From NCBI GenBank assembly GCA_030429735.1, contig JAUIET010000008.1, positions 74,726 through 138,725 on the forward strand: a stretch of DNA of 64,000 bases, written 5' to 3'. A model generated the notes under the pieces. That model saw only the letters and a list, made by a program, of their open reading frames with translations, was not told the origin of the DNA and searched no databases. The stretch comes from Gammaproteobacteria bacterium (GTDB taxonomy: Bacteria > Pseudomonadota > Gammaproteobacteria > Pseudomonadales > JAUIET01). A program made the translations under genes and the position numbers. How positions within the stretch are numbered: position 1 is the stretch's first letter; each line of letters opens with the position of its first letter. Shown here piece by piece: positions 1 to 10,302 of this stretch.

Positions 1-121
1 TTGCTCGCGGTGACTGTCGGGTGTCAGCGGAAGCTCTGCGCACAAGGCAAAGTCTTTGTCTCGAATAGCATCGACAAACGCAGTCACGAACTATTACTCA
101 TGCAGGACAGTGGCGTATAGA

Positions 122-1285
122 TCACGTAGTCACCCCGCTGACGTTACGAGAAAAACCTTCTTCAACATACACATATTTGCCCGTACCGTAGCCGTTGAAT
201 ACGGTCGCCGTCGAAGAGCCATAACCACCCATTTCACCAAACTCTATCCAGTCGCCTTCGTTAGTGCTTTCAGGTAAAGGAACGTCATAACTGAACACAT
301 CCAGCGAGTCGCAGGTTGGCCCAAACACTTTGAAGGGCACTTGATTCCCAGTCAGTAACTGATTGCCGCGAAACACCCGGGTAGGTAATTCCACGCGTGA
401 AAGCAGCTGTTCCATAAAGCCGCCGTAAATACCGTCGTTAAGAAACAGGACCGGCTCGCTGCGGCGATGTTTGACCCGCGTCAGTATCGAGACAGCCGGG
501 TCGACTAAGGCACGACCGGGCTCACACACCAGTTCTACATCCCGCTTGGAAAAACTGTTGCTGAATTGCTGCTCTATTTCATCAAAAAAAGACTGCAGCC
601 CTGGTGCGCCACTATTCGGGTATACGGTAGGAAAGCCTCCACCGATGTTCAGCATCTCAATGTTCACAGAAGACGCTTTCTCGATACTGGCCGCTCGCCG
701 TATGTACTCGTTGTACGCCTGTGCGCTGGTGCATTGAGAGCCCGGGTGGAAGGTGAGTGCAGTTCGATAACCGTAGCCTTTTGCCATTGACAGTAATTCG
801 CTAGCGCCGGCATCGTTAGTGCCGAATTTTTTTCCGAGATCGTATACGGCTGTAGACGCGCCGATGTTGAAGCGAATGGAGACTTCCAGGTCCGAATCGC
901 TACCAATAACACTGTGAATTTTTTTGAGCTCTATAGGGTCATCAATCGCGAAGCTTCGCACCGCGAATTCTGTGTAAGCCTGCTCAATTTCCATGCGAGA
1001 CTTGATCGGGTTATCGTACAGCAGTGTTGCACCTTCCTGGATGCTTCTAAGCAGCGCTATCTCGGTCACGGATGCAACGTCGAAGTGACTGATCCCAAGA
1101 TCACTCAGACCTTGCAACAGTGGGACAGCCGGGTTGGCTTTTACCGCATAGGCGACAGTTCCCGGAAACCCCTGCACAAACCTTGTCACATGATCTTCGA
1201 GCACGCCCAGGCTTAAGCAATTGACGGGCAGTTCCGGTTGTTGCTTTTCAATCAGTTCTACGGTACTTCGATAGGTTTCAAGCAT
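122..1285 (-). CDS. PLP-dependent decarboxylase, ornithine/DAP/arginine decarboxylase family (alanine-racemase fold, group IV)
   Basis: 387-aa ORF with ATG at 1285. PLP-lysine motif AYAVKANP, glycine loop NIGGGFP and C-terminal FGPTCDSLD are typical of ODC/LysA-like decarboxylases. Confidence 0.8.
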   Translation of the reverse strand: MLETYRSTVELIEKQQPELPVNCLSLGVLEDHVTRFVQGFPGTVAYAVKANPAVPLLQGLSDLGISHFDVASVTEIALLRSIQEGATLLYDNPIKSRMEIEQAYTEFAVRSFAIDDPIELKKIHSVIGSDSDLEVSIRFNIGASTAVYDLGKKFGTNDAGASELLSMAKGYGYRTALTFHPGSQCTSAQAYNEYIRRAASIEKASSVNIEMLNIGGGFPTVYPNSGAPGLQSFFDEIEQQFSNSFSKRDVELVCEPGRALVDPAVSILTRVKHRRSEPVLFLNDGIYGGFMEQLLSRVELPTRVFRGNQLLTGNQVPFKVFGPTCDSLDVFSYDVPLPESTNEGDWIEFGEMGGYGSSTATVFNGYGTGKYVYVEEGFSRNVSGVTT

Positions 1286-1446
1286 TGCTTAGCAGGTAGT
1301 GAGAAAAACAGCGATGTGACGCCGACTGTCGTCTAATCGAAAGTTGACTGGAAACAGTAGTTTAGCGCTCAGGGTCCGACAAAAGCTATAGAATTTAGCT
1401 ACTTTGTTCAATATCATGACTGCCCCTGTACCGCCTGGAGTCAGCA

Positions 1447-3438
1447 TTGAGCCGGCCAGACAATTCGCGCAATTTATTCAACAAGGCGTTGGACTTACTC
1501 AAGGAAAACGCGCACGAGGAAGCGGAAAGCCTTTGCCGGGATGCAATCTTACGTGAGCCGGGCGACGTTAACTTTATCGCGCTGCTGGGAACCATTCTAA
1601 TGCGCACCGGTAAGCTCGAAGAGGCTGAAACCTGTTTACGCAGGGCAGTCAGCATAGCGCCCGGATTCCCCAGAGCTCAGGAAGATCTGGGCACCGTCTT
1701 ATTGAACCTTAAGCGGGCCGATGAGGCATTGCCGTATTTGCAGAAGTCGGTTGAACTGAACGACCAGAATGCTGAAGCGTTTTTCAAGCTGGGTGGCGCC
1801 TTAAAAGCGCTCGGCAGGCTGGATGACGCTGAGAAGGCATTTAACAGGTCGACCGAATTATCGCCGCAAAAAGGCCAGTTTGCCCAGGCCGCTGAGTTGT
1901 TTCTGCAGGGTCGCTATCGTGAAGCCGAGAAAATTGCACAAGAGTTGATTCGTGCAAACCCCAGAGATGTGAATGCTGCGTCATTGCTGGCACGTGTTGC
2001 TATTCAGGCCAATTGTTTCAGCGATGCAGAGCCCTTGCTCAGAAAAATTGTGCAGCTCGCGCCTCGTTATGTTGAAGCCTGGCACGACCTCAGTACCGCG
2101 CTGAAGGAGCAGAGCCGATATGCTGAGGCGGTTGAGGCATTGGAGACTGCGATCGATATTGACCCGGATAATGCGGTGTCGCATTATTTTCACGCGGCTG
2201 CGCTAGCGATGGACGCCAAGCCGGAACTTGCGGAGCAATCATACCGTCGGGCAATAGGCTTGAACCCCACGTTGTCAGGTGCCCATTTAGGGTTAGGGCA
2301 TGTATTGAAAACCATTGGCCGGCAAGACGAAGGTATTGCTGCCTACCGGCGTGCCAAAGAGCTGCGCCCGAACTTCGGTGAAATTCATTACAGTCTTTCT
2401 AATCTGAAAACGTTTCGATTTGATGCGGATGAGATTGAAGACATGGCCCGGCGCCTTGAAAACGAGTCGCTAAGTAAGGAGTCCATTGTTCATTTCGCGT
2501 TTAGTCTGGGCAAAGCCTACGAGGACCTGGGCGACTATGACCGGGCATTTCCTTATTACGAGCTGGCAAATCGTACTCACAGGGAAAGTGTTGCTTATGA
2601 CCCGGTGCAAACGGAAATTGTGCATGGCCGAATAAGAGAGTTGTTTTCACCCGAGTTGTTTGAGAAAGCGCGCAACGACAATGCCGGGTGCAAAGATGCG
2701 GCTCCAATTTTTATTCTGGGGCTACCCAGATCGGGTTCTACGCTGCTTGAGCAGATTCTGGCGAGCCACAGCCAGGTTGATGGTACCAGCGAATTGCCGG
2801 ATCTTAGTCTGGTCTCGCAATCGTTGACCAATCCAAAACGAGGCTTGAGCTATCCCGGCGCTATTGAAACACTGAGTGCTGAGCAGTTGACGGCCTTGGG
2901 TGAAAAATACATCGAGCAGACTATGCGGCATCGTTCCGGTGCGCCATTTTTTACGGATAAAATGCCGAACAACTTCCCGCACATTGGGCTGATACAATTG
3001 ATATTGCCCAATGCAAAAATTATCGATGCGCGACGCCACCCTCTGGACAGTTGTCTTGGCTGTTTCAAACAGCATTTTGCCAAGGGACAAACCTTTACGT
3101 ACGACCTGTTTGAGTTAGGCGAGTTCTACCTCGAGTATGACAAGATGATGAAGCATTGGGACGCGGTATTGCCTAACCGCGTACTTCATGTGCAGTATGA
3201 AGATGTTGTTAACGACCTTGAAGGACAGGTGGCTCGATTGCTGGCGTATTGTGAATTACCCTTTGAGGATGCGTGCTTGAATTTTCATGAGACGGACAGG
3301 GCAGTTCGTACGGCAAGCTCGGAACAGGTTCGCCAGCCAATTTACTCTGGTTCAGTTAATAGTTGGCAACGTTTTGAAAAGCAATTGCAACCATTGATCG
3401 ACATACTCGAACCTGTGCTTCCTGCTGGAACAATCTAA
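1447..3438 (+). CDS. TPR-repeat protein with C-terminal sulfotransferase domain
   Basis: 663-aa ORF with a TTG start 6 nt after GGAG. The N-terminal ~400 aa are degenerate 34-aa TPR repeats (e.g. AEAFFKLGGALKALGRLDDAEKAFNRSTELSP). The C-terminal part has the PAPS 5'-phosphosulfate loop LPRSGSTLLEQIL and a 3'-phosphate motif RRHPLDS. Confidence 0.8.
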   Translation: MSRPDNSRNLFNKALDLLKENAHEEAESLCRDAILREPGDVNFIALLGTILMRTGKLEEAETCLRRAVSIAPGFPRAQEDLGTVLLNLKRADEALPYLQKSVELNDQNAEAFFKLGGALKALGRLDDAEKAFNRSTELSPQKGQFAQAAELFLQGRYREAEKIAQELIRANPRDVNAASLLARVAIQANCFSDAEPLLRKIVQLAPRYVEAWHDLSTALKEQSRYAEAVEALETAIDIDPDNAVSHYFHAAALAMDAKPELAEQSYRRAIGLNPTLSGAHLGLGHVLKTIGRQDEGIAAYRRAKELRPNFGEIHYSLSNLKTFRFDADEIEDMARRLENESLSKESIVHFAFSLGKAYEDLGDYDRAFPYYELANRTHRESVAYDPVQTEIVHGRIRELFSPELFEKARNDNAGCKDAAPIFILGLPRSGSTLLEQILASHSQVDGTSELPDLSLVSQSLTNPKRGLSYPGAIETLSAEQLTALGEKYIEQTMRHRSGAPFFTDKMPNNFPHIGLIQLILPNAKIIDARRHPLDSCLGCFKQHFAKGQTFTYDLFELGEFYLEYDKMMKHWDAVLPNRVLHVQYEDVVNDLEGQVARLLAYCELPFEDACLNFHETDRAVRTASSEQVRQPIYSGSVNSWQRFEKQLQPLIDILEPVLPAGTI

Positions 3439-3441
3439 ACC

Positions 3442-4377
3442 ATGGCAGCGAATAAAATACCCAGGTTAATTGCCACTTCGGTGGTTCGCGGAAGCGAAAA
3501 AGGCCAGAGCCATGGCGGTGTATACACAATTGATTTTTCAATTCCGCAGGTAACCCAGCACATCGACTGGAACACCAGCAATATAGATTTTACTGGCCGT
3601 GGTTGGGACAGAGGTTTACGTGGTATTGCGTACAATCAAGAGGACGTCTTTATTGCTGCGAGCGATGAATTGTTTTGTTACAACCCCGATTTTGAGGTGC
3701 GGGCCTCTTACACCAATAGATACCTCAAACACTGCCATGAGATTTGTAAGAAGGATAATTACCTGTTTTTGACATCAACAGGTTACGACAGCCTGCTGGT
3801 GTTTGATCTGGTGGCACGGCAGTTCACCTGGGGCTTGTACATTTCCAGGGACGGTCAGAAATGGCTTGGACAAAAGTTCGACCCGGAAAGCACCGCAGGA
3901 CCACCACCGTCGAATAACTACCATATCAATATGGTTCATGTTAACCAGCACGGCATCTACTTCTCTGGGCTCAACACGAGGGCCGTGTTAAAGGTGGACG
4001 GGCAAATGAACATATCGGAAGTGTCCAATCTGCCGGCCGGTGCCCACAATGCCCGTCCATTCAGAAATGGATTGCTGTTTAATGATACACAAAGTGATGC
4101 GGTGCGTTATGTGGCCCGAGATGGTGCGGAATGTGCGTTTGGTGTGCCGCGCTACAAAGACAGCGAGCTGGATTTTATGGGTGTTGACGACTCGCGTGTC
4201 GCCCGGCAGGCATTTGGAAGGGGCTTGTGCGTGATCAGTGAATCACTGGTTGCAGCCGGTTCTTCTCCATCGACTGTTAGTATTTATGATTTAAATAGTA
4301 GGGAGCGAATCGCAGCGGTGAATATCAGCATGGATGTTCGCAATGCGATCCATGGCCTCGAAGTCTGGCCGTTTTGA
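3442..4377 (+). CDS. Hypothetical protein, function unknown, translationally coupled to the TPR-sulfotransferase
   Basis: 311-aa ORF whose ATG lies 1 nt after the upstream TAA (taaaccATG). No motif I can assign. The repetitive beta-strand-rich composition suggests a propeller-like fold, which is only a guess. Confidence 0.55.
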   Translation: MAANKIPRLIATSVVRGSEKGQSHGGVYTIDFSIPQVTQHIDWNTSNIDFTGRGWDRGLRGIAYNQEDVFIAASDELFCYNPDFEVRASYTNRYLKHCHEICKKDNYLFLTSTGYDSLLVFDLVARQFTWGLYISRDGQKWLGQKFDPESTAGPPPSNNYHINMVHVNQHGIYFSGLNTRAVLKVDGQMNISEVSNLPAGAHNARPFRNGLLFNDTQSDAVRYVARDGAECAFGVPRYKDSELDFMGVDDSRVARQAFGRGLCVISESLVAAGSSPSTVSIYDLNSRERIAAVNISMDVRNAIHGLEVWPF

Positions 4378-4424
4378 TGCAGCGTTAAACCACTGCAATC
4401 GCTCCTATCGCAGCCGGCCTGATT

Positions 4425-4450
4425 GGCGCAAGCGATGCCTCGCTTGCGCC
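4425..4450. terminator. Perfect 11-bp stem hairpin between convergent genes (candidate bidirectional terminator)
   Basis: ggcgcaagcga-tgcc-tcgcttgcgcc. It lies between the stop of 3442-4377 (+) and the stop of the TBDR (-). No U-tract follows. Confidence 0.4.
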
Positions 4451-4472
4451 GTCGTTCAACCTTGAACCCTAA

Positions 4473-6845
4473 TCAGAAATTGAAACGGAGTTTGGCACCC
4501 ACTGATCGAGGTTTGATAATGTTCTGACTGCTCCGCCCGAAGAAGGTATCGAAGTCCGATGCATCGTTGAAGGTCACACCACGTTCATCGCTAACGTTGT
4601 TAACGTACAACTGAGCGGTCCAGGCATCAGTTTTAAATCCGATCTTAACGTCGGTTACAGAGTAGTCTCCTTGAAACAATCGGGGTGCGTTGGCCGAATC
4701 ACTAAGCTGATTCAGTGACGCGTCTTCTGAGCTGTGCTGTAAGCGGAAGTAGTACTCGCCGCCGCCAAACCAGTCAATCTCATCGGTGTATTCGACCGAG
4801 GCAGACCAGTTTCGGTCGGAAAACAAGGGCAAGCGAGCCACGGCTTCCAGTCCTAATGTCGCTACACCACCGTCAAAACGATCGTCAGGGAAACTTTCAG
4901 GTGCAATTACATCAGCGTTGAAAATCTCGGTGATGTTGAAGCTGAACAAAACGTTTTCGGTGACGGCGAAGTTCATATCGAAATCAATACCCTTGACTTC
5001 GGCATTACCAAGGTTGGCCACAACCACCTGGAAGGGCTCACCAATTTCGAAGCTGGGGTCGGTGGCTTCCAATTGCACATCTTCCCAGTCCATCTGGTAG
5101 TAGGTGGCATTCATCTGCAGTCTGCCATCCAGCCATGTGGACTTTATGCCTATCTCTTTGTTTTCCAGAATATCGGATTCATACTCCACCGGCAGCGTAG
5201 GCTCGCCACGGCCCCGATTGATGCCACCAACGCGATAGCCTTCTGAGTACAACGCATAGATCATCACGTCGTCGTTGATGTTGTATTGCAGGCCTACCTT
5301 GGGCACAAAGCCATCATCGGTACCACCTGCAGTCAGGTCCTGCTCAAGACGGGTAGTGGGTCGGGAGACAAAGTAGTCTCGATCCACTTCAACGTCGTAC
5401 CAGCGACCGCCCAGAATCAAGTCGATTTTGTCGGTTAGCGACCAGTCGATCTCACCAAACACCGCCATATCGGTACGAGTGGAAATTTGCGTTGATAGCC
5501 ACCAGCCGTCAGTGGGTGCTATGCCGGGGTAGTAATACGACCAGGCAGCAAAGGCCGGTGAATCGCGGTAGCCGTCGAGGAAGGAGATAAAGTCCCAGCG
5601 CTCATCGGTTTCCTGGTAAAACAGACCCGCTGTCCATTGCAGTCGGTCGGACGACGAACTCAGACGGATTTCTTGCGTGAACGCATCGTTTTGCTGATCA
5701 TTGGTTTGCCCGCCAATCGGGTCCAGGCCGAAGTTATAGGTTGCATAGCCAGCGTAAATGCCAAAGCTGTAGTGAAAGTAGGCGGCGTATGCCTGGGTAT
5801 CCGTCTGGTAAAAAATCTCGCGATCATAGTAGGACGACGCAGACACCAGCTGGGCAAAGCCAAGATCGGCTTCCAGCACCAGACTGATTTGCGTCCACTC
5901 ATCATCCCGGGTTTCTTCAATAAACTTTATGACCTGCAGATCACCTACGGTCGGGTCATGATCGTTCCACCCGTCCGCTTCAATTTTCTGGTAATTAGCG
6001 CTTAATGTTGCGGTCCAGTTGTCGTTAATGTCCCACTTGACCGCAGCGCGCGCACCCAGCCAGTCAACACTGTTGAAGTTGTCTTCCACTTGGCTGGCGT
6101 TGGTTAACTGGCCACCCAGTCCCGATCCCAATGGGTCGACCACTGTGGTGCCCAGTACGTTATCGATGAAGCCACCGTCTGTTGCACTGAAGCCCGTCAA
6201 GCGAACCGCCAGCTTGTCTTCAATAATCGGGATATTGACTGTGCCGTCAAGGTCGTAGCCCACGTCGCCAGACCTGATCTGGTCAATGCCCACGCCGATC
6301 GTGCCGGTAAACTCAGACGTATCAGGCTTGTTGGTGATGATGCGAATAGTACCCGACTGCGAGCTTGCGCCGTACAGTGTAGATTGCGGCCCCGCCAGCG
6401 CTTCAACGCGGGCAATATCTGCAGGGTACACATCCGGTGCCTGGGAGGTCAGAGTCAGTGGTTGTTCGTCAAGATAAATGGCAGCTGTTGGGTCAACCAG
6501 AAAACCGCCACCGTCACTGATACCGCGAAAAGTGATGGTATTCTGGCCAGGTGTTGTGCTGGCAATACTCACACTGGGCACAAAGCGGCTAAAATCTTCC
6601 AGCGTGACAAGCCCTTGTTTCTCCATCTGATCGCCAGACAGAGCTTGTATGTGCATGGGAACGTCTTGCGAACTTTCGGAGCGCTGACGAGCGGTAACTA
6701 TCACCTCCTCAAGCGCAAATTTCTTTTCCTGGGCGATCGCACCCGCTGTACCGCCGGTAAGCGCCACGCCAGAGGCTACTGACCCCGCGAGCACTTTCTT
6801 ACCCAATGTTGCATTCGTTACGTTCTTGTTATCAGCGTCTGTCAT
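4473..6845 (-). CDS. TonB-dependent receptor
   Basis: 790 aa. Plug-domain motifs are present (EEVIVTARQRSESSQDVP, TFRGI, IERVEALAGPQSTLYGASS). A long beta-barrel region follows and the protein ends in a terminal aromatic residue (LRFNF). Confidence 0.9.
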   Translation of the reverse strand: MTDADNKNVTNATLGKKVLAGSVASGVALTGGTAGAIAQEKKFALEEVIVTARQRSESSQDVPMHIQALSGDQMEKQGLVTLEDFSRFVPSVSIASTTPGQNTITFRGISDGGGFLVDPTAAIYLDEQPLTLTSQAPDVYPADIARVEALAGPQSTLYGASSQSGTIRIITNKPDTSEFTGTIGVGIDQIRSGDVGYDLDGTVNIPIIEDKLAVRLTGFSATDGGFIDNVLGTTVVDPLGSGLGGQLTNASQVEDNFNSVDWLGARAAVKWDINDNWTATLSANYQKIEADGWNDHDPTVGDLQVIKFIEETRDDEWTQISLVLEADLGFAQLVSASSYYDREIFYQTDTQAYAAYFHYSFGIYAGYATYNFGLDPIGGQTNDQQNDAFTQEIRLSSSSDRLQWTAGLFYQETDERWDFISFLDGYRDSPAFAAWSYYYPGIAPTDGWWLSTQISTRTDMAVFGEIDWSLTDKIDLILGGRWYDVEVDRDYFVSRPTTRLEQDLTAGGTDDGFVPKVGLQYNINDDVMIYALYSEGYRVGGINRGRGEPTLPVEYESDILENKEIGIKSTWLDGRLQMNATYYQMDWEDVQLEATDPSFEIGEPFQVVVANLGNAEVKGIDFDMNFAVTENVLFSFNITEIFNADVIAPESFPDDRFDGGVATLGLEAVARLPLFSDRNWSASVEYTDEIDWFGGGEYYFRLQHSSEDASLNQLSDSANAPRLFQGDYSVTDVKIGFKTDAWTAQLYVNNVSDERGVTFNDASDFDTFFGRSSQNIIKPRSVGAKLRFNF

Positions 6846-7067
6846 CGGTAAAAACCTCTTTATTTAATGCTGAGTGGGGCCGCATAGAGCCCTTTGGATT
6901 GGCTCAAGCTCGCTCGTAAAAAGTCGCATCCATACGCACACATTCCCGCGGGCTATGATATAGCCTTGCTGGAGTGTCTGCCAAGGTTAATTTCTTGCAT
7001 TTAAGTCATTGAAAATCCGAACAATTCGCGTGCCAGGATTGCGGTCATATGTGGAAATCGAGCCCTT

Positions 7068-7625
7068 TTATCGGGCAATATGGTCCGGTGGCACGTAATC
7101 GAAGATAAAGGTGATTCGGTCTTCATCACCTTTGTTGGTCACGCTGTGCTTGTGCTGGTTATTCACTTCGTAGATTTTGCCGACTTCCAGTGCGTGAGGT
7201 CGACCGTCAATCATGAAACGCACACGAGGGTTAGTGCTGATCGGTATGTGTATTCGGTGGCCATGGTGAAATGACGGGTGTTTATCGGTATGCGGTTTGA
7301 TCATGCCGCCAGCCAGGAGCTTGGCGGCCATTGCGCGAATGATTGTTCCGCCGGGTGGATAATGCCGCCTGATGATTTCGTGCATCACTGGAACGGCCTG
7401 ATTTGCCAGCAGGTCCCAGCCTGATTCCTTGCGCACTTCGATATTAGGCCAGCCTTCGCCGTCGGTGAAAATCAACACCACAGATTCGGTATAGCGGTGC
7501 ACATCGTACGCCTGTTGTCGATACTGCTGGTCCAACCAGGTTTCCGGTTTTAGCGCTAGAACGGTCTCACGCAATTCCGACGTATCAATGGGCTGCAGTT
7601 CTCTGAGTGAAACGCCTATATCCAT
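7068..7625 (-). CDS. Aspartyl/asparaginyl beta-hydroxylase family (2OG/Fe(II)) protein
   Basis: Motif HTDKHPSFHHGHRIHIPISTNPRVRFMIDG. The likely start is the internal ATG at 7625 (MDIGVS...). The ORF track extends to 7670. Confidence 0.65.
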   Translation of the reverse strand: MDIGVSLRELQPIDTSELRETVLALKPETWLDQQYRQQAYDVHRYTESVVLIFTDGEGWPNIEVRKESGWDLLANQAVPVMHEIIRRHYPPGGTIIRAMAAKLLAGGMIKPHTDKHPSFHHGHRIHIPISTNPRVRFMIDGRPHALEVGKIYEVNNQHKHSVTNKGDEDRITFIFDYVPPDHIAR

Positions 7626-7720
7626 CCGGTGTGTTCCATTATTGGTCTGCTCGCAGCGATGGGCATGCATGCCTCAATGAACAAGGTAAGATCGGGCATC
7701 GCAGCGGTCTCTTGGCGAGC

Positions 7721-8866
7721 TTATCGAGCACCCGGAATTCTATCCCGAACGGCCTGATGAAAAAACGCCACGGCACTCTCGTGCAATGACAGCGGTCCGG
7801 GTGAATAATTGCTCTGCTGCAAACCTTTCTGCACGCGTTCGCATAAGGTCTTGTCCTCGTCATTAACCTGGGTGTTGATCTCTATATTCACTTTTCTCAG
7901 TTCCAGTTCTGCTGCGCTACACTCTTTCGGTCCATAGAACGATGCGCGTACCAGTGTTTTATCAACAGTCAGTGGAATCAGTTGGAACAAATCCAGCATC
8001 TCGGGGTAGAAGTCCATGCCCAGATTATGCGGGAAACCCACCTGAAACCATTGGCCCCGGAATTTCTCAGGTACCCGATGCTCTGCCACGTGTGCAAGCT
8101 CCTGATAGCGCGCCTCCAATGGCACTGAAGAGCGCTGCTTGCTCAGCGGAAATACGCTATAACTGACACCGCTGCTATAGGTTTGCTCATCTTCAGGTAC
8201 ATCCAGTAATCGATTCAAACCCGGGTGGCCAATTGGTATGTGATAGTTCTCCTGATAATTATCCCAGGCGACTTTCCAGTTCACGTTCCATATTTCGTCG
8301 ACGGGGTCGCCAATCTGATGGTAGTTTTCCAGGTCATAGGCACGCACATAGTTGATGCAGTCACCGAATGATTCCGCCACACCCAACCTGGGGCTATTGA
8401 TTATTTTAACGAACAACAAGCCATGCATGTTTTCAAGGCCAACTTCGCGCAAGCCCATGCTGGCTTTGTCTAATGGCGGGAAGCTGTCCATTGACGGCAC
8501 GCCGCGCAGGCCGCCATCCAGGTTATAGGCCCAACCGTGATAAGGGCATTGAATCACTTTACTGCAATGCCCCGATTCACCTTCCAGCAGGCGCGATGCA
8601 CGATGCCTGCAGACATTTTGAAACGCACGAATCTGCTGGTCTTCACCACGGATAAGAATAACGCTGTTGTTTGCCATCTCGAAGTTGAGATAGTCGCCCA
8701 CATTTGGAATGTCGTTCGCGTGGCCGGCAAATTGCCAGTTTTTTAAGAAAAATACGTCCAGCTCCTGCTCCAACAGGGCGGGATCATTATATGCGTGCGG
8801 TTGCAGTGGCTTGCCGTGCGTGGTGCAGTCGGCGAGCGGGATAACCTTGTGATTAGCTGTGTTCAT
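7721..8866 (-). CDS. Rieske [2Fe-2S] non-heme-iron oxygenase, alpha-only (phthalate/VanA/GbcA-like) type
   Basis: Rieske motif CRHRASRL...CPYHGWAY and mononuclear-iron motif NWKVAWDNYQENYHIPIGH. The start is placed at the ATG at 8866, which follows GAGGAG by 6 nt. The track start at 8908 would overlap the upstream gene. Confidence 0.85.
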   Translation of the reverse strand: MNTANHKVIPLADCTTHGKPLQPHAYNDPALLEQELDVFFLKNWQFAGHANDIPNVGDYLNFEMANNSVILIRGEDQQIRAFQNVCRHRASRLLEGESGHCSKVIQCPYHGWAYNLDGGLRGVPSMDSFPPLDKASMGLREVGLENMHGLLFVKIINSPRLGVAESFGDCINYVRAYDLENYHQIGDPVDEIWNVNWKVAWDNYQENYHIPIGHPGLNRLLDVPEDEQTYSSGVSYSVFPLSKQRSSVPLEARYQELAHVAEHRVPEKFRGQWFQVGFPHNLGMDFYPEMLDLFQLIPLTVDKTLVRASFYGPKECSAAELELRKVNIEINTQVNDEDKTLCERVQKGLQQSNYSPGPLSLHESAVAFFHQAVRDRIPGAR

Positions 8867-8892
8867 GTGGCGCTCCTCGCTGGTAGTTTCGT

Positions 8893-10293
8893 TTATTTGG
8901 GCTTCCAAAGTCCCTCAGCGATAATGTCTTCCTGCGCCCGTTCAATGCCTTGCCTCAGGATGCTGATCATATCGTCGATTTGTTCGCGCTCTATCGTCAG
9001 TGGCGGTGACATAACGCACATGGAAATCAGCGGTCTGACAATCAGCCCAAGAGCCTGGCAATGGGCATCAATGCGCGCCCCGATCTCATAGGCGATTTCT
9101 CGGCCGGCTGCATCCTGGCCTTCCGCATTAATGCAGTCCACCGCGCCCATTAACCCGCGGCCACGTACTTCGGTGACCATTGCGATATCTTCCAATTCGC
9201 GCAGGCGTTGCTGGAAATACGGCCCAGTGTCATTGCGCACCTTGTCCAGCAATCCCTCACGCTCAATAATCTCTATGTTTTTCAGTGCGGCAGCCGCGGC
9301 CACAGGGTGACCTGAATACGTAAAGCCATTGGCAAAGTACGCACCAGTTGATTCGCCTTCCGTGAATTCGCGAATCAACCGGTCAGAAATCAGTAGAGCT
9401 CCCATGGGGATGTATGCGCTGGTCAAACCTTTGGCCGTAGTAATCAAATCGGGCACAAAGCCAAATTCGTCTTCACTGGCAAACCAGTGGCCAAGTCGGC
9501 CAAACGCGGTGACCACTTCGTCGGCAATGAACAGAATGTCATTCGCAGCGCAAATGGCCTTGCAGCGTGGGTAGTAACCGTCGGGTGGCACTATCACACC
9601 GCCGGAAGCCAGTACCGGTTCTGCAATCATTACCGCAATATTCTCGGGACCCAGTGACGCTATAGTGCGTTCCAGATGGGCAATTTTCTCCTCCAGAAAG
9701 TCGTCTACAGTCTGTCCGGGTTTGCGAAAATAGGGGTGCGGGCAGGGCAGGTGATGCACCAACTCCGATGCGAAATCAAGGAAGTTCTTGTCTTTCGGTT
9801 TTCCGGATACAGAGCCGCCGAGGAAGGTAGAACCGTGATACCCCATTTCCTGGGCAAGAATAATCTTCTTGTCGGGTTTGCCGCGATAGTTGTTGTAATA
9901 CTGCACGAAGCGCAGGGCAGAATCGACAGCGGTTGAGCCGCCCGTTGTGAAAAACACATGGTTGAGGTCGCCGGGAGCGCGCTTGGCCAGCTCCTTCGCC
10001 AGTTGTGGTGCAACCCCGTTGGTCATGTCCCAGGGGCTCGCATAGCCTAGTTTCATGATCTGATCAGACACCGTATCGGCCATTTCTTTGCGCCGGTGAC
10101 CGATATTCACGCACCACATACCGGCTGGCCCATCAATCAGTTTGTTGCCGTCCGAATCATATACGTAGATGCCGTCACTGCGCTCCAGCACTGTGCGCTC
10201 CGCGTCACCCACCGACTCCATGGATTCCCACGGGTGAATGAACTTGTTGTCCAGCGCCTGCAATTCTTCAGTTGATAAATCGTGTTTGGCCAT
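8893..10293 (-). CDS. Class-III (omega) aminotransferase
   Basis: 466 aa. The pattern is typical of this family: [33 protein letters not shown] (PLP lysine region). Confidence 0.85.
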   Translation of the reverse strand: MAKHDLSTEELQALDNKFIHPWESMESVGDAERTVLERSDGIYVYDSDGNKLIDGPAGMWCVNIGHRRKEMADTVSDQIMKLGYASPWDMTNGVAPQLAKELAKRAPGDLNHVFFTTGGSTAVDSALRFVQYYNNYRGKPDKKIILAQEMGYHGSTFLGGSVSGKPKDKNFLDFASELVHHLPCPHPYFRKPGQTVDDFLEEKIAHLERTIASLGPENIAVMIAEPVLASGGVIVPPDGYYPRCKAICAANDILFIADEVVTAFGRLGHWFASEDEFGFVPDLITTAKGLTSAYIPMGALLISDRLIREFTEGESTGAYFANGFTYSGHPVAAAAALKNIEIIEREGLLDKVRNDTGPYFQQRLRELEDIAMVTEVRGRGLMGAVDCINAEGQDAAGREIAYEIGARIDAHCQALGLIVRPLISMCVMSPPLTIEREQIDDMISILRQGIERAQEDIIAEGLWKPK

Positions 10294-10302
10294 GATGTGC
10301 TC

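Noticed and set aside
1-121. Open frame running from the left edge of the window to a stop at 118-120 (plus strand).
   Set aside because: Only 39 codons are visible and they carry no recognisable motif. I cannot tell a truncated gene end from non-coding DNA.
6846-7067. Riboswitch (cobalamin or TPP) in the leader of the first TonB-dependent receptor. The 51984-52108 leader of the second receptor was checked too.
   Set aside because: I found no B12-box or TPP-type conserved core on the relevant strand.
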